This document shows, one piece after another, positions 12,801 to 27,800 of a DNA stretch of 64,000 nucleotides; the first letter of the stretch is position 1, and the number at the start of each line of letters is the position of its first letter. This stretch comes from Chiloscyllium plagiosum (Eukaryota), in NCBI RefSeq assembly GCF_004010195.1, contig NC_057756.1, positions 1,495,476 through 1,559,475 of the forward strand. The letters run 5' to 3'. The notes under the pieces were generated by a model. That model did not search any database, was not told the origin of the DNA, and was given only the letters and a program-made list of their open reading frames with translations. The position numbers and the translations under genes are program-made.

Positions 12801-15800
12801 GGGCTGTGGATTGACCTTGAAACTTAAGAGTGCAGGGAGGATGTGGTGTATTGGGATCGAGTCATTTGTGTGGAAACTTTGTGGAGTCATCACCATCCAG
12901 GTTCCTGAGCATGGGGCTAATCCATTTATCAGCTTTTCATTATCCTCATTTCACTTTTTTTTTTGCTTCGCTTTCTCGTTTGTCATTTCTTAGTTACCTT
13001 ATGGATAGAGCCCAGCCATGAAGTGGGACAACATCAGAATATTGAGTCTGAAGCGAAGCTGAGGTTGAAGCTGATAAATCTTTGGTTGCAGGCAAATGAG
13101 TGATCCTGAGTAGTGGTGGGATTCAAAGAGGCTGGCGAACGTGGATGGCAGTCGATGTGAACTAGCTGGTGATCCCTGATAGTGGTCAGCCATGAAACAG
13201 CAGACGAACATGAAAGTAATTCGCAAATGAAATGGACGCCAAATCTAGATGGTAGATGGTGGAGAGGCAGCTGGTACGGGCGGATGGCAGTCAATGATTT
13301 GAGATTTCGTCCAGCGTGGGGGAGAGCGTGCCTTGTGGAGAAAGTCAAGTGTGGACTTCCTGCAGTTGGATCAGACTATAATGTAGAACTTCTGACTTAT
13401 TTCGTTACTTCTCTATTCTGCACCTAAGAATTTGTACCTAGGTGTTTTTGTAACTCAGATGGCGCCAGGAATGGCGACTTTGCGCACTTTTGTCTGTATT
13501 CCTGCACTTCTGTACATTCGAGAATGTTACAATAAGCCTAACTGTAATTCCAATAAAGACATGGCAGGATTGCAGTTTATTGATGGGGTGATTGTTATCA
13601 GAAAGCTGAAGGGAACAAAATATCGTCCTGTGCTAATAAACCATAAAAATGTACAAAATTCAATGATAGAACCAAACTAAAGATTTTTCTATATTAATTT
13701 GCAAAGCGTTCAGTATAAACTGGACGAACGAGTGATGAAAATCGTGGTAAATTGATAAGATCACATGGTCATTAAGGAAAAAAGGTGACAAAAAGATCAA
13801 AACTGAGAAATTAAGATTCTGCGCTATTCGAACTTCAATGAAGAAACGTGGTTGGATTAATATCTAATAAGCAATAAAATGAGATCAGCTATGAAGGATG
13901 ATCTAGGCATGGTTGATGTAAAGTATTTGGGTGAATATAGTAAAAAGAGCAAAGGAAAGAAGACATTTGTAGGAGCTGAGCACAGATGCCAAACAGTCGC
14001 TATTCATTGGGAATTGCTGTATATCAACAAATGAAAGAAGCATGTAAATTTAATAGAGCAATAATTAAAAGTCATGAAATGCCCATACTGATTAGGTTAA
14101 TCAAATTGGAAAATATATCTGCAAAAATGAATGCAGAGAGTGAATTCAGGTTAGTTTGCTGAGTCAACGAAACGGAATGCCATCTTGAATCCGGTAATGG
14201 GAAATAAAGCAGCTTCAATAAATTACACCCAGGTATTATATCCGCTGGGAAGTAGTGATCATTACATGGTATCACGAATGTTTAGCTTGAGAGTGTCAAA
14301 CTTTGATCAGAAATAACTGATTTCACTTAATTAAACAGGAGTACAATGAAAGGGGATAGAGTTAGCTAAACTAAAGTGGACGGAAGATTAGCAGAGATAT
14401 CAGTAATTAAGTAATGTTAGGCATTTAAGGAGGTAAGTCATGACTGTCAGAAAAAAAATCCGACATTTCAGTCTGGAGGAAAGATTTTGAGAGAAAGAGA
14501 AGAAAACTATGGCTAACCAAGGAATTTACAGAGAGTATTAAGTTGAAAGAAAGAAATACGCATAAGGTGGCAACATCAATGATAGTCTTGAAGATGCAGA
14601 TAAATGCAAATTCCAAAAAAAAGTATAAAGCTAAGAAATTAAAGTTGAAAGGCAAGAAAGCGATGGCTATAAACCAGACAACAAAAACAACTTGTTCAAA
14701 GTTATAAAATGGAGAGGCAAAAATGAACAAAGGCTGTCAGGAAATTAATCTACAGGCCAGTTTGCAGTGAAATGAAATCCAGAGCATTTTAGCAAATATC
14801 TCATATCTATCATTGCGGTGGAGGCGATTTCAAGCATCCAATCAATACCAATGAATACACAAGAGGACATACATTCTACCAGAATCACTAAACAAGTATT
14901 GTTTGACCGACTAATGTGGCTAAAGTCTCATTGCCCTGAAAATGTGCACCATAGTATCATTAAGAAAGTAACTGCAGAGACAGCGAATGCATTGATTATA
15001 ATTTTCTAAAAAAAAAATGCGAGTGAGGTTCTCGAAGATTTAAAATCAAAATGCTTAAATCACGGTCCTACTCAAGAATGGAGTGATACACAAAATTATT
15101 AACTATCCATGGATTATCCGAATATGAATTTTTTTGAAAATCATTGGAAACAATTAAAAGGAAGCAATGAGCAGAACATTTGGAAATTCATAATCTGATC
15201 AACCAGAACCATAATGACCATTGCACTAAGAAAAGAATTCTTAGGATATTGCAAAGGAGTATCGACAATAATAAATGAACGGGGAACAGTATTTGTTCTG
15301 TTTGGACTTCGGGCAGTCTTTCGACAAACTATCTCATGAAAAATTAAGCCATCTGATAAGAGCCCATGGTTATGGAGACAGTACATTTGTACTGATAGAG
15401 AATTTGTTCGAGAGCAATGAACAATGGTTAAGGACAATGTTTTCTCTTGGAGTGCTGAGACGTTGCCAGTGAGGCTTCTCGACTGCTTACAATTTACATT
15501 AATTACTTGTAGGAGGAAGTGAATGTACTGCAGCCAAATTTTGTGACCACTTTAAATGGATAGAAAGTCAGATTGTGAGAGGAATACAAGCAGTTCACAG
15601 AGAGAAATGCTGATAGGATTGATAAGTGTTCAAAATTTGGCCAGTCGACTATTATGTAGCCAAGTAAGAATTTGTTAAATATGGAAGAGTTACGAAAAGA
15701 ACAGAATACTAATTTAACTGAAGGAAAACGTGCAGAAAGCTAAAACGCAGAAGCACATGGGGTTGTTGTTTGCAAAACTGTGGCGGCATGGTGGCTCAGA

Positions 15801-18800
15801 GGGTACATCTCCTGCCTAAGAATGCCAAAGACCCGGGCGTGATTCCATCCTCGGATGACTGTTTGTGTGAAGTTTGTGCCTTCTTCAACTGTCGGTGTGG
15901 GTTTTCTCCCACAGCACAAAGTTGGGCAGGGTAGGTGGATTAACTGTGCTGATTTGCCTGTAGCGTGCAAGCGAGGTGCATTGGTTAGGGGGAACACAGT
16001 GTTAAGGCAGGGGCAGATTTGAGTGGAATGTACTTTTGAGTGTTGGGTTTGCCTTAATGGGCCAAATAGTCATTTACTACATCGTAAGGATCTATGAATC
16101 TATGACAAAAAACATGAAGCGAGCACAAACATATAGTGGGTAATCAGGAAATACAAATTCTGGTGTAATGTTAATTATTATTTTATTGATTGTACCTGGA
16201 CTATTTTTAGCTGATTTCTTCCTCTTACATAATGGAGGTAGTACATAGCAGGTACATTGGAATGACCCTTCGTTTAGAGTGATTTGTTGTGAGCAAATGT
16301 TAAACTGTCCGAAGATGTACAGGTTAGGTGGATTAGCCATGCTAAATTGTCCATTGTGTTCAGTGATGTGCAGGCAAGGTGTTTGCGCCATGGGAAAGGC
16401 AGGGCTTCGAGAGAGAGAGAGTGTCTGAGTCTGTGTGGGATGTTCTTTGGAGGATTGCTACGGTCTTAATGGGCCGTAAGGCACGCTTCCACATTGTAGA
16501 CAATATGTGATTCTACATAAGCAGAGTGGAATTTGAAGATTAGAATAATTTTAGGTGATCTATTTGAAATGCACAGAATTTAAAGAAGCTTGAGAAAGCA
16601 AATTCTGAGAACGCAGCCTCTCTCATGCGAGTGTCTGAGTTTAAAGGTCATAATAAACGGACATTAATGTAAGACTGAGGTGAGGAGGAACTTTTTTCTC
16701 GAGGATCGCGAATTTTTGGTACTGTTTGCCACAGGAAGCTGTGGGGGTGAAGTGGGGGGCAGGCTTCTTGTGCATACTTAAAATAGATCCAGTCTTAAAC
16801 CTTTGGGTAATGAACAGTTACTGGTAAGGGGCAGTAACGATATCAGGAATGTCAGCTTAGTCATGATTCAACTGAATGATGTTGAAAGAAGTAGAAAGAA
16901 GTGTTCTACTTCTGCTCCTTTTATAAAATGGACTTACAATACTTTGAAATAAATGTTTATGAAAAAGTAACCTTTAGCTTAGTAGTAAAAGCAAACAGCA
17001 GTTTCAGTGCTATCAAGTAAAAGGATATGTTACAATAATGATTATCTCACTGAAAAGTAATCTGGAATCATGTTTCCATATTTCAAAAGCACATTTTTTT
17101 TTGTTCGATGCCCAGACAGGTAAGACAAACCTGTAGTAAAATCTGAAGATAATAATAAACTCAATCATTCATTCAAATGGCATTTCTAACTTTATCTGTC
17201 CTAAAACTATCAGCACAGGAAGATGAACATTCTTAATAATTGTACCTCCATTCTTTTCACGCATTGCTTCATCTAACGAAAAAGTTGGAAATAATTGTCA
17301 ATAAGTACAAATTTACATACATGTGAACATTGCTTTTGGAAAGCAATAGCAAAAAAAAACTTAAAGAAATTTTATTTTGAAATTTGATAAGGAAATAAAT
17401 GCCCATACTTTACAGTGGTTCGAAATCAGATATTTTCAAAACATTTACATTGCTGAAAGCCAAGGGACCTACCGTGGTTCTGAAAATCCATCTAAAAACC
17501 GCTTCATGGCATTATCTATGTGCTGTGTCTTATGTTCCTGCTCTTCTGAGTGCAGTCTAACCGCCTCCGTCTTGAGCCTGAACATAACTGTTGTTCTTTT
17601 CCCTGCACCTTTTAGTTCTGATATTTCGAGGTTCAGTAAATGCACTGACCGACGATTTTGTTAAGTAAAAATTGGATGAGCATGCATTGTGATGCAATAA
17701 AATTAATTTTCATCTGGTTTATTTATTTAATTAATTTCAGGTTTTGTTTTGCAAATAACTTTTCCTGGCTACACGGTATTTTATTTTCCCTCACTTCATA
17801 TCATTGTAACTCTTCGATATGTTGTTTGAAGCAATGCATGAGGTGCAGCCATGAGGACTTTGTGAGACCCTGGACAGACATCGAAATGAAAAGGAATTTA
17901 CCTCAATAATCTAAATTGACAATGAAAGGTTTTGAAGAGAAGGAGAACATAAAAATGTGTAAGAATCACAAATTGTGTTAAGTTACCATTGTCAAAGGCA
18001 GCATGATCTCGAATGAAAGCATGGAGACGTCGGCAATGATAGCTGAAGTAGCCATTGAGTCAATCGAGTTTGTTCTGGAGACAAATGTGCATATAGTTCA
18101 TCCTCTGCTGTGGGCAGTATTCTGCCCCGAGGTTGATGATAGATTTTTTACATAGAAAAGTATCTCAATCTTGTCATATCATTTGATCACAGCCATGCCT
18201 CATTGAATATTGCACATATTCACAACTCTCTCAGTGAAACAATTAAATCCAATTATCTCAGTTGTAAGTAACTTGTACATTTTCTGAAGCAATATTTTTT
18301 TGTTTCAGCACCGTACTTCCAGCCTTCAGTAGTATCTCCCCGAAGGCAGTATGCCAAACCTGTCACAAGCTTAAAGATATGAATGAATTTTCCTTTAAAA
18401 TTCTCCTGTACAGTGAGAATAAGGTAAATGGAAAATGAGCCGGATATCAGGAATGCAGCTCAGTTCGGCAACTTCAACATAATAGAGGAATCCTTGAAGA
18501 GTGTGAGCTGATACCCCAGGTTGTATACAATTCTCTAAGGAATGTACTCCACGTTGCGAGAGGAGGTAGTGAGTAATCTACAATTGCAGCAAGTGATTGT
18601 CATCTCGTTTTACCATATTTGCAATTTGCACCTCGTAATATCTCATCAAAAGTTTTAAGTGATAGATTTATCGTAATTAAACTGGAGATTTCCATGAAGC
18701 ATACCAATCGAATGCTCTGAATTTTATTTTTCGTATTTGATTGACTTGTGAGGACTTTCTGAAATGCAGCTCTGAATAAACACCTTATCTGCTTCCACCA

Positions 18801-21800
18801 ACCTTCCAGGAGATTCTTCCTTTCCAGATCTAATGAAAATAATTTAAAAATGAGGGAGGTTTAAGATAAATCACAATCCACCTGCTGGTCATTTTGATTG
18901 GACATGATAACTTATACATAGTGTCTAGGCATGTGAAGAATAGGTGTGCTAAAAATGGGAAATGCAGACGCACAAGACGAGGGAAGGGGAGGGTGTATTT
19001 GGACGGGTTGCTGTTCAGACAGTCAGTGTTGACTCGATTGATTCAATGACTTGTTTCCACACTGGAGGGATTCTACTACAAGTTGTGTTGAATATGCAAA
19101 ATATGCTGCTCATGAAAGATGTTTCTTCATGAAAAAATAAGTGAAGCACATGGCAGATATTAAATGTGTAGTGTGCACGTAATGTGAAGGAAAAAGAAAG
19201 GGAGGCTTAGAACCTGGTTTGTAATGTCTCAAAGAAAGAATTTAAAATCTTCAGATTGAATATTTTCGCACTTATCATGGAAAACATTTTGAATGCACAT
19301 TTTAAATAATTGCGTATTAAAAATGTATCCCAGAACCGTGAATAATAACGTGCATTGTGCCCTGTCAGAAATTTCACTTGCAGCAGTTTCAAAAAGATCA
19401 TTCCAACAAAAAAAAATCTGCAGGCTGAAATGACGGGAGAAGTATGTAGTGACTGAATAGCGACAAAGATTATCAGTGGAGTGGCATCAATTCTTAACAG
19501 TAATGGTGGTAAGAATATTAAGAATTAATAAGTGTAAGCTATCATCGTTGTTAGCTTCATTACTTGCATATAATTCATCTAATCACCACATTAATGGAAG
19601 TTACTGCCAAAGAGAATCCTCATAGGTCTAAAATAACACGTTGACCTAGACATCAACGACGGACATGGATAATGATCGAGATTGTGTTTTCAGTTCATTT
19701 TTAAGTAAACAAACTTCATTTTGACAATTCCTCATTAATGTACGTATCATGGATTTAATTATGCACAATGGGATGAGCGGACTTCATGTTCATGCACTTA
19801 GCTCTTCAGGTCAAACATTTCAGAGACTCTAGCACTTTCACAGTCTTTCTTATATTATTAAAGGGCATGACAGGTGCTTGTCCCATGTACCATTTTTTTT
19901 GGTCTCTGCTCTATGTGATATTCAGGCCACTTTTGAACAGTCTTTCCTTTCCCGTGTGAGATGTAAAGGTTGTTCAGAATCGTGAGAAGTGGCTTAAGTT
20001 TAAATATATAAAGAACACGTGAATGAGATGTCAATTGCACAAGTTAAGTCTTTCCAGTGAGCTGAGAGTGCGTTTCTTTTTACATGAATAGCATGTAATA
20101 TACAAAAGAGAGCGAAATTGGGAGCGGATGAATAAGAAAAAATGTCAATGATCTGTTTTCACTGATGTAATTGGTATATCTTGCACCAAGAATCATGATC
20201 TTACCTGCTTTTTGCTTTTCTGTTATGTAGACAGGCACAGAGACACTTATGTAAAACACTATTGTCTATTGTTGAAAAATCCAATACTGTAAAAATGAAT
20301 GCAAACACAAAAGACAGTCAATATTCCTGCATGGCTTTCTAAAGAGGCTGTCTGGCAATGTAGAATTCCGGAGAAAAATTTTGGGTTACATTTTTTTTTG
20401 ACAGGGAGCAAGTGAGGACTACAGTTGCTGGAGCTCAGAGTCGAAGACTGTGATGCTGGAAAAGCACAGCCTGTCAGACAGCAAAGGAGGAGCAGGAGAC
20501 TCAATGCTTCTGGCATAAGCACTTCATCAGGGATGAGATGTGGGGGCCAATGGGGCTGAGAGTTAAATGGGAGGGGGTTGGGGAAAGGGGGCAATGTAGC
20601 TGGGAATTTGATAGGTAGGGGAATGTGGGATGGATCTAATAGATCGGAGAGGAGGGTGGAGCAGATAGGTAGGATGGAGGATGAACGGGTAGGACCGTGT
20701 GGCACCAAGTTGCAATGTTTGGATAGGGTGGAGGGAAGCGAAATGTGAAAACTGGTAAAATATGCATTGATACCGTGTGGTTGGAGGATCGCTAGGTGGA
20801 ATGTGAGGCATTCTTCCACCAAGCATCAGGTGGTTAGGGTTTGGCATGGTGTTTTTAGACAGATTCTGATGCACGTTACCAAAGCACAATAAAAAAAAAT
20901 GTTCACTACTGCGTTTTAATTATTATATATCTGTTATCACAATAAACTCGTGAATCATGCGAGCTGTAGAGTACTTCTGACGTATTATTTTATGTATACT
21001 GATTTTTTTTACTTAAAAACTCTTCAAAATTTGTAAAAAGGGAATGGTTTAGTCAGTGATAGCTCGGGAGCAGCAATAGAGAAAGAAATCTCAATTTAAT
21101 TAATTGTTTAAGGAGTTGCAATTTTTTGTTTGTTGTGTGATGTAGCATAAAAAGTAATGTAACAAAATATAGAAAATTGAATAACTTACAGCATAAGAAT
21201 GTTTCTGCCCTTCACTCATTAATGTCATGAAATAATTTGCGCGATGCTTAGATATTCCAAAGAGGGAACGATTGTTATTGTATTCTGCAGATTTCTAATT
21301 CCCTTGACAGGAAAATTTAGGAAGCAGTAAAAGTTTCTTAATTTGGCTATGTTTTTATAGTTTCACTGAAAAGGACCATTATTGCCTACGCCTTATTCTG
21401 TTGCCCGTTATCTGTCACCCTTCAAAAGTTATTATCGACCCCTCCACCTTTACTTTGCTGTCAAAGTGACACAGGAGCACCTATACTGTAGTTAGCAAGA
21501 ACTTTGTTAACGAAGATAGGATGCAAAAAAACAGGCATTTAATTAGAACTCATGATAATGTGTGACGGCAAAGTATCAATGCAATTTTTGACGTGCATTT
21601 GCATTGGTTTCCTCGTCTTTCTGGGTTGGTTGAAAAAAATACCTCTGTGACATGGAAGAAAAGGGATTTTTTTTGTTTATCCTGACATTGTGTGGCCTAA
21701 CCTTAATGAAATGGATATGCTGGGAAGTAGATGCTTCTTCCAACCATTTCCTTGTCATTTCTTTGAGGTGCAATGGAGCTGCACATAACCAAAGGAGAAC

Positions 21801-24800
21801 CGTTATAGAATCGTGAAGTTTTGTTTTGGTAACTTATTATCTTCTGAACTGTTTCTACAAAAAAATCCATTTATGAGGTTAATGCATTTAGTTGTGCTCA
21901 ATGATCACCCACGCTTTGATATTGAAGAATTCAGTAATCTCAATGCCACATGGTATCTCGGGGAATTTAGATTTTTTTTTAAATTGACGATTGCCATTCC
22001 ATGGTAATTTGTGACATGAATGTTTCCTACCACTTAGAATCGGAAAACCTATTATGCAATGACATTTCTCACATTTGGAGACAGGATACTCAATTATCAA
22101 AGGAGCTTGAAATAGCATTGAATGTTCTATAATTATTAGAAAGCACACTCTCTTCTGAGTTTATTGCAACCTTTGCCTCAGTGATAAAGCAGTTAGAAAT
22201 AGCAGAAATAAAATCACGATCCCCTGAAATTCTGTCAGCTATGTTTCTGGACTGACATTTTTCAAACTGTGCTCCTTGATAACACACTTGACCAAAATGG
22301 TCTTGATCTTAACGATAGCTACTTACATCACATAATTTCCTTTCAGCTATATTTGTCAACTTTTCCCAAATAACGTGTTCGATTTTTATTCTCTCTGTAA
22401 TGCTTTACAAAGCAAATAATTATCAAGCTGGCGTGTATAACCTACAGGACATTAGAAAGCTACTGTCTACAGTTTAGTTATGAAACAACTTTGCATTCTT
22501 TTCCTATCCATTTGCTTATCTGACATCACTTCACCTGTATTGTACATTTGAAATTGCACATTCCCTGTTTTAGCGTATTTATTCTGTTGTTGAGAGAATT
22601 ATGTTGATGAGCTCCCGTTCTGTTATTACCTTTTCTTTTGAATCTGGAAATCTGCTTACCCAATTGTTCAATCTTTTTTCTGATACTTTCAATTTCTTGC
22701 AAAAAAGAAAGATGTCTTGAAATGTTAATTATGAAGAGCTGTGAACATAATTAAATTTAACAGTATTCAGAGATTACGATCTGAAGAAATAACCCTTTTG
22801 TACTGCATGTGGAAGGGCTTATCATTCTGAACGTAAGGTCTTTATGTAGCGCCAACATCTTTTTAGTTTTTTGACATCAGTTATGTGTTTTTTTTGTATT
22901 TTATCAGGAGCTTTCTGTAGCTAAATCAACGAATCAGACACTAATTTGAGTACACTGGAGTAATTGTTGGGAATTATATCGAAATACAATCTTTAATAAC
23001 GATACTGACTTGAAATGTCTTCATCAGATACTACATGATTAAATGAGCATTAATTCGATTTTACAAACCAGCTCACTGTCCAACAATGGCCAGATAGCTT
23101 CCATTTCGATCAGAGTGTGAATTCAAAGGCATTGTACTGGTTCCACATGTTATTTACACCTTCAGCTATTTCATTTTACTGAGAAGAATGGAATGAGCAA
23201 GATGTGTGGAGTGTAATAAATGATCGGTTGAAAGATTCCAAAATAACTGAAAATTCTTCTTTTTTCAGATGTAGGTAGTTCACGCCAAACTGGAAAAGCA
23301 TGTTTGAAACATTTCATGTGCAACAAAATGAAAATAACACAAATATCTCCTTTCAAACAAACAGCAGTTCATTGTGCTGCAAAATGACACTGATAAAATA
23401 GTTTGTATTCGTTTGATTCCCCATCTCCAAAACTAATCTCTTTGTTTTCTATCAGAACAACTGTTTAGTTTGAACATGTCTTTAAAATATTCCACACTCT
23501 GTCCCTCTGTTAAACATTCTAAGTTTTCGTTGCTTAAAAGTGTTGAAAACTTCTTTTTAGTCAGAAGCATGTTACTTTTTCAGGATTAAGTAAACACACG
23601 AATGACGAGTTGTAATGATGAACTTAATATTGACACTTAAATTTGTAATTAGAAACATAGTATAAGTGCTAACAAGGGTACCGATGATGTTTTTTACCTG
23701 AGTCTTTTCCATCCAAACTTTCTTCTGTAAGAAATCCATATAGAATAACGCAGATCATTCGAGGAAAATGAGAGTGAGGGTATGTTTAGTATGCCATTTC
23801 ACACTAAAGAAATCATTGTAATTGTCCAGATTGTTCTGTCAAAAAATGCAGACTGACTCAAACTTTCTTGAACCATGGAACGTGCTCAATTATAAATTGC
23901 AATGTCACGTGTTTCCAAATAAAGTAGGAGCTCTAACGTTTCCTACAAATGATCCCAGAAAATGACGAAATTTACATTCACTTATTCCATCGAATTCAGC
24001 GCACGCAACATAGTAGCAGGAGAAGAAAAAAGGTTTTTTTTTCTCCGTGTATTCTGGCATTCCAAGTTATAACAGATATTCATCTTTCAACACATTATTC
24101 AGGTTCAACTGTTTCCACGTATCCGATTAGTTCATCAGGAACTTCATGTTTGTGCATCCCACCCTTAGATATGTTCCCATTCCTTGATGCAAAAAAGATA
24201 CCCAAACATTTTTTACTGAAATGTATTCCAGACAACAATAACTTACACTCATTCCACCTGCTGGGATTTATTACCTTCAACCACGTGAGACAATTTATCA
24301 TTGTCTACTTTGTCAAGCTGTTTCAGAATCGTTTCAGTGACATCTACTGACGTTACTCTAAGGATCCAATGGAAACCCCATATTTTGTGCATCTCACCAT
24401 AGAACATTGATCTTATTTATGATCTATTTTAGTGAACATTTGCAGTATCATCTCACTCTTAAAATCTGTAGACCAAAATGTCACACAATATTCCAGATCT
24501 AATCTAGTCAACCTTACAGTAAGACAGTTAAATTGTGTATTTCCACGCCCAGTGAAATATGAAGAAATTTGCCTTACAAATCGTTAGATGTAATTGCATA
24601 CTAGCGTTTTGCAATCTTTGGGGATCACTAGTGAGTACGTTTCAATTATAATTGCTGGAGGATTCACAAGCTTGAAGAAAAACATATCTAATCCATTACA
24701 TATGCATTCAACAGACCACTCTCCATGCGGCAAGTGATATATCATGCCTTATCTGCCTATATGGCCATTTGTAATCATCCCTGCATCTAACACAGTAGCT

Positions 24801-27800
24801 TATCTTTCAACCTAACTCATCGGGATCGGAAAAGATTTTGAGGATTAACACCTTGGCTTCATGTATGTCACTGACATAAATTGCAAATAAAAAATGCTGC
24901 AATTCAAGTACTTGAAATACGCCATAGATCACAGGTTTACAGATAGAAAATGCCAAAATATGTGCATGCTCCCTGCATTGTATATGCAAACAAATTATTT
25001 GTCTATGGTAGCGGATCACTTTTCATCTACATGACCAACTGAATCCAAAAAAAACTAACTTCTCAAAGTGAGATCCATTTGTAACGCCCTGTTATGTTTA
25101 TATATTGTGTTATTTTAATGTATTAAAATGTCATTACACTGTATATGTTATGGAGGAGTTCCAGTATTGCTTAAAATAATCTTCACCTTCAGCTGGCAAT
25201 CCTGCATGGCTGATGTATGAGACAGACATTGGTATTAAATTTAGTAATTATCTGGAAATGTCGTCTAGCTAACCATGTAGATTTTCTTTTTTTTGTCTTA
25301 GAGAACTGAAGATTTAAATATTCATGTGTCCAGATATAAACAGAGAGACTGTGTTAAAGACAAAAGGCAGATAAAGACAAACGCATTTTATGGATCATGA
25401 ACACAACATTTCGAGGGTCCGAAGAAACAAATTTTGTTATTTAAGTTGGACTTATTTTGTTACGCTGCAAAACCGATTACAATACGTGTCCTGAATGTGT
25501 TCCTGGTAAAATAGCTATGTAACAGCATTGAACGATTGGTTGCATTCAACCTTTTAACAATGCTTGTACGAGATATTGGCTTTTCAGTACTTACTGCATT
25601 TCTGTCGAACGCCTTCAATTTCTGAAATAGGAAAATGACTCATTGAAGCCGAACAAAGTATTAAGTATTTTGTGTTATATAATAAAAGAAATGTCCTTGC
25701 TATGCAGTGAAAATTGTGGCATTGTGGGATGGCTCCTTTAAATTTACTCCCAATGCTGCGTTTGACCAAGATTCTTTAACTGAACACCAAGACTAATCTT
25801 GATTGATATCCTAGCACAACCTCTGATCAGTGAGTCTGTAGTGACCCAGTGAAAACTATGCTGTTAAGTTAAACATTCACTCTAGAGCAGTATCACTTTG
25901 TGTTTCAGAAATCTGAAAAAAATGAAATGTCGGATCATGCGAAGAGAAAATACCATCTGTAAATGATGATGTTTCATATATTGGCAGCATGCCACTGAAG
26001 TTCTCGTTTGGAAAGAGCACACATACACAGGCAAAGACAGATGCACACACGACACACACGCAGAGACACAGATAGACAGACAGACAGACACACAATAACC
26101 CAAGTTCTGAATAAAATGGGCAACAATGATTTCATTGAATCCTATCTAATCTTTGGTCACCAATGTGTACATAGTTTCATGCAGAAACAATTCTATCGAG
26201 GAACAAATGTCAAATGACGAACTTGTTTCAGTGAAGTGCAATAAATAAGATCATCCAAACCTTCAGGCTGACGTTAAGCAGGCTTTGCAATATCTCATCC
26301 AAAAACTATTGGCTTCTGCCAAAATAAAAGTTGACTTATAGGCTTTTAGTACAACATCCATTATTTTATAGGAGTTCCGAAAATGTTGTAAGGTGTTGTC
26401 ATCTTTCAGTATTAAATGGAGTATAGATTTATGAAGTATTTGAATTCTTTACCTTGGGTTTTCAGCTTCAATTGTTCCTCTGTGATGAAAGAAATACACT
26501 GCAAATCAATGCATGAGAGGCTATGGCATCTCCATTTAAGATTAAAGCCACTTATGAATTTCAAACTTGCTTATGATTCTAGAAGGCATAGATACAAAAT
26601 AATTTTACTTGTTATATAGAAGCGCTAGAATAATTATGGTTGACTATTTATGAAAACTTTCATGTTTCAAATTGGCGAATTTAAAATTCCTTTGACTGTT
26701 TCCCTCAAAATGAAGAGTCGATCTTCTCTACTGGCAGAATTAACTAAAGAATGTCATATGTTGCATGATGCTCTCGAGCATCTTCTGCATATCATTCACT
26801 GTATTTAGTTATATTAATGAATATTCTCTGTCCACAAAAGTAGAACACTTTTGGTAAATAAATGGGAATATCCAATTTTGAGGTATTCTATGCTGAGATT
26901 GATTACTACATGATTGTTATAGATATTGATAGTTGAAATGATATCCATTCGTTTGAATGAAACGTGTCATATGTTGAATTCTATTGAAATTAGTGCAACA
27001 GAATATGTTTTCGAAATGGAGGTGAACAACCAAAGAAAACTCATTTTACTTGTAATTTATTCCATAGATAACAATTTAGTTATACAGGTGATTCGCTTTC
27101 TCTCGATTCAACCTTCCATGCAACACAAACGCCTGGCTAATACCGATAATTTTCCTATAAGGCATTAGCTGCGTTTCTGTGCAACATCGTGCCATCAGAG
27201 ATCTTGAAATGGAAATAATGAAACCTATGGGGGAAAAAGGATTATGGGAGAATCACCAAAAGTAACAATCGAAACATGACTACTAGTTGGTCTAACACGA
27301 ACGATAGCACAGTCGAGTAAACGTTTAAATCATGTATTTTAATGAAGTAATACAGCAAATATAACACTTTAACACTAAAATCATTGCCTTTCATGATGTC
27401 TCTTCATCAGAAAGCAAATGAGCCGATTGACACTGTGAAGCCAACGGGAGTCCCGTACTCTGCGCACTGTGATGCCTTGCGCCTGGGATGGGAATCGGTT
27501 AACAGAACCGAAACAGGATCAGACTGCTGAAAAACAGTACAAAACTCATACATCCTGATCTGTGGGAGATTGTCACACAAATTGAGGCTGTAAAAAAATC
27601 CAAGGCCTCCGAAATTGATAGGTAAAGCCATTTTTAGTAACAATTTAGCACCTCTGCCTTTACAACATCTGTCCCAGAATTTAAAAAAAGAACACGGGGG
27701 AAAATAACATTTTAATGTAATAGCACCGTTCCAAACGTAGGACTGACAAAATTACATAAGTGTTCATTTGATAGTGACGATTAAAACAAAAGCAAAACAT

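Larger units (their letters stand above)
12270..16920 (+). mobile_element. Long, highly degenerate CR1 LINE with nested insertions
   Basis: ORF1 esterase-like remnant (tttggcgacaatttagtcgtggaacag...ttgcctggt), endonuclease remnant from ~13680, RT remnant LDFGQSFDKLSHEKL in ORF 15275-15472, CR1-like 3' end near 16850-16920. Confidence 0.75.

Noticed and set aside
17473..17586. Open frame MFRLKTEAVRLHSEEQ...MKRFLDGFSEP ending at a GTAGGT donor, a possible first exon
   Set aside because: Ends in phase 2, incompatible with the phase-1 array; no recognisable homology.
17609..17644. 36-nt segment VHLLNLEISELK
   Set aside because: Poor acceptor (aatcgtcggtcAG), weak GTGCAG donor, and hydrophobic register shifted by one relative to the 36-nt class.
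18803..18829. 27-nt AG..GT segment (DLERKNLLE, GTTGGT donor) that could extend the array between 22660 and 17272
   Set aside because: Lacks the position-4 hydrophobic and position-7 Lys of the 27-nt class; the alternation is already complete without it. Not fully excluded.
20205..20286. 82-nt exon-like segment with good splice sites (LDFSTIDNSVLHKCLCACLHNRKAKS)
   Set aside because: Phase 1 to 2 would frameshift the array; no supporting homology.
27552..27587. 36-nt AG..GT segment (ASICVTISHRSG)
   Set aside because: Not coiled-coil-like, and it ends in T, which would create TAG with the next exon.
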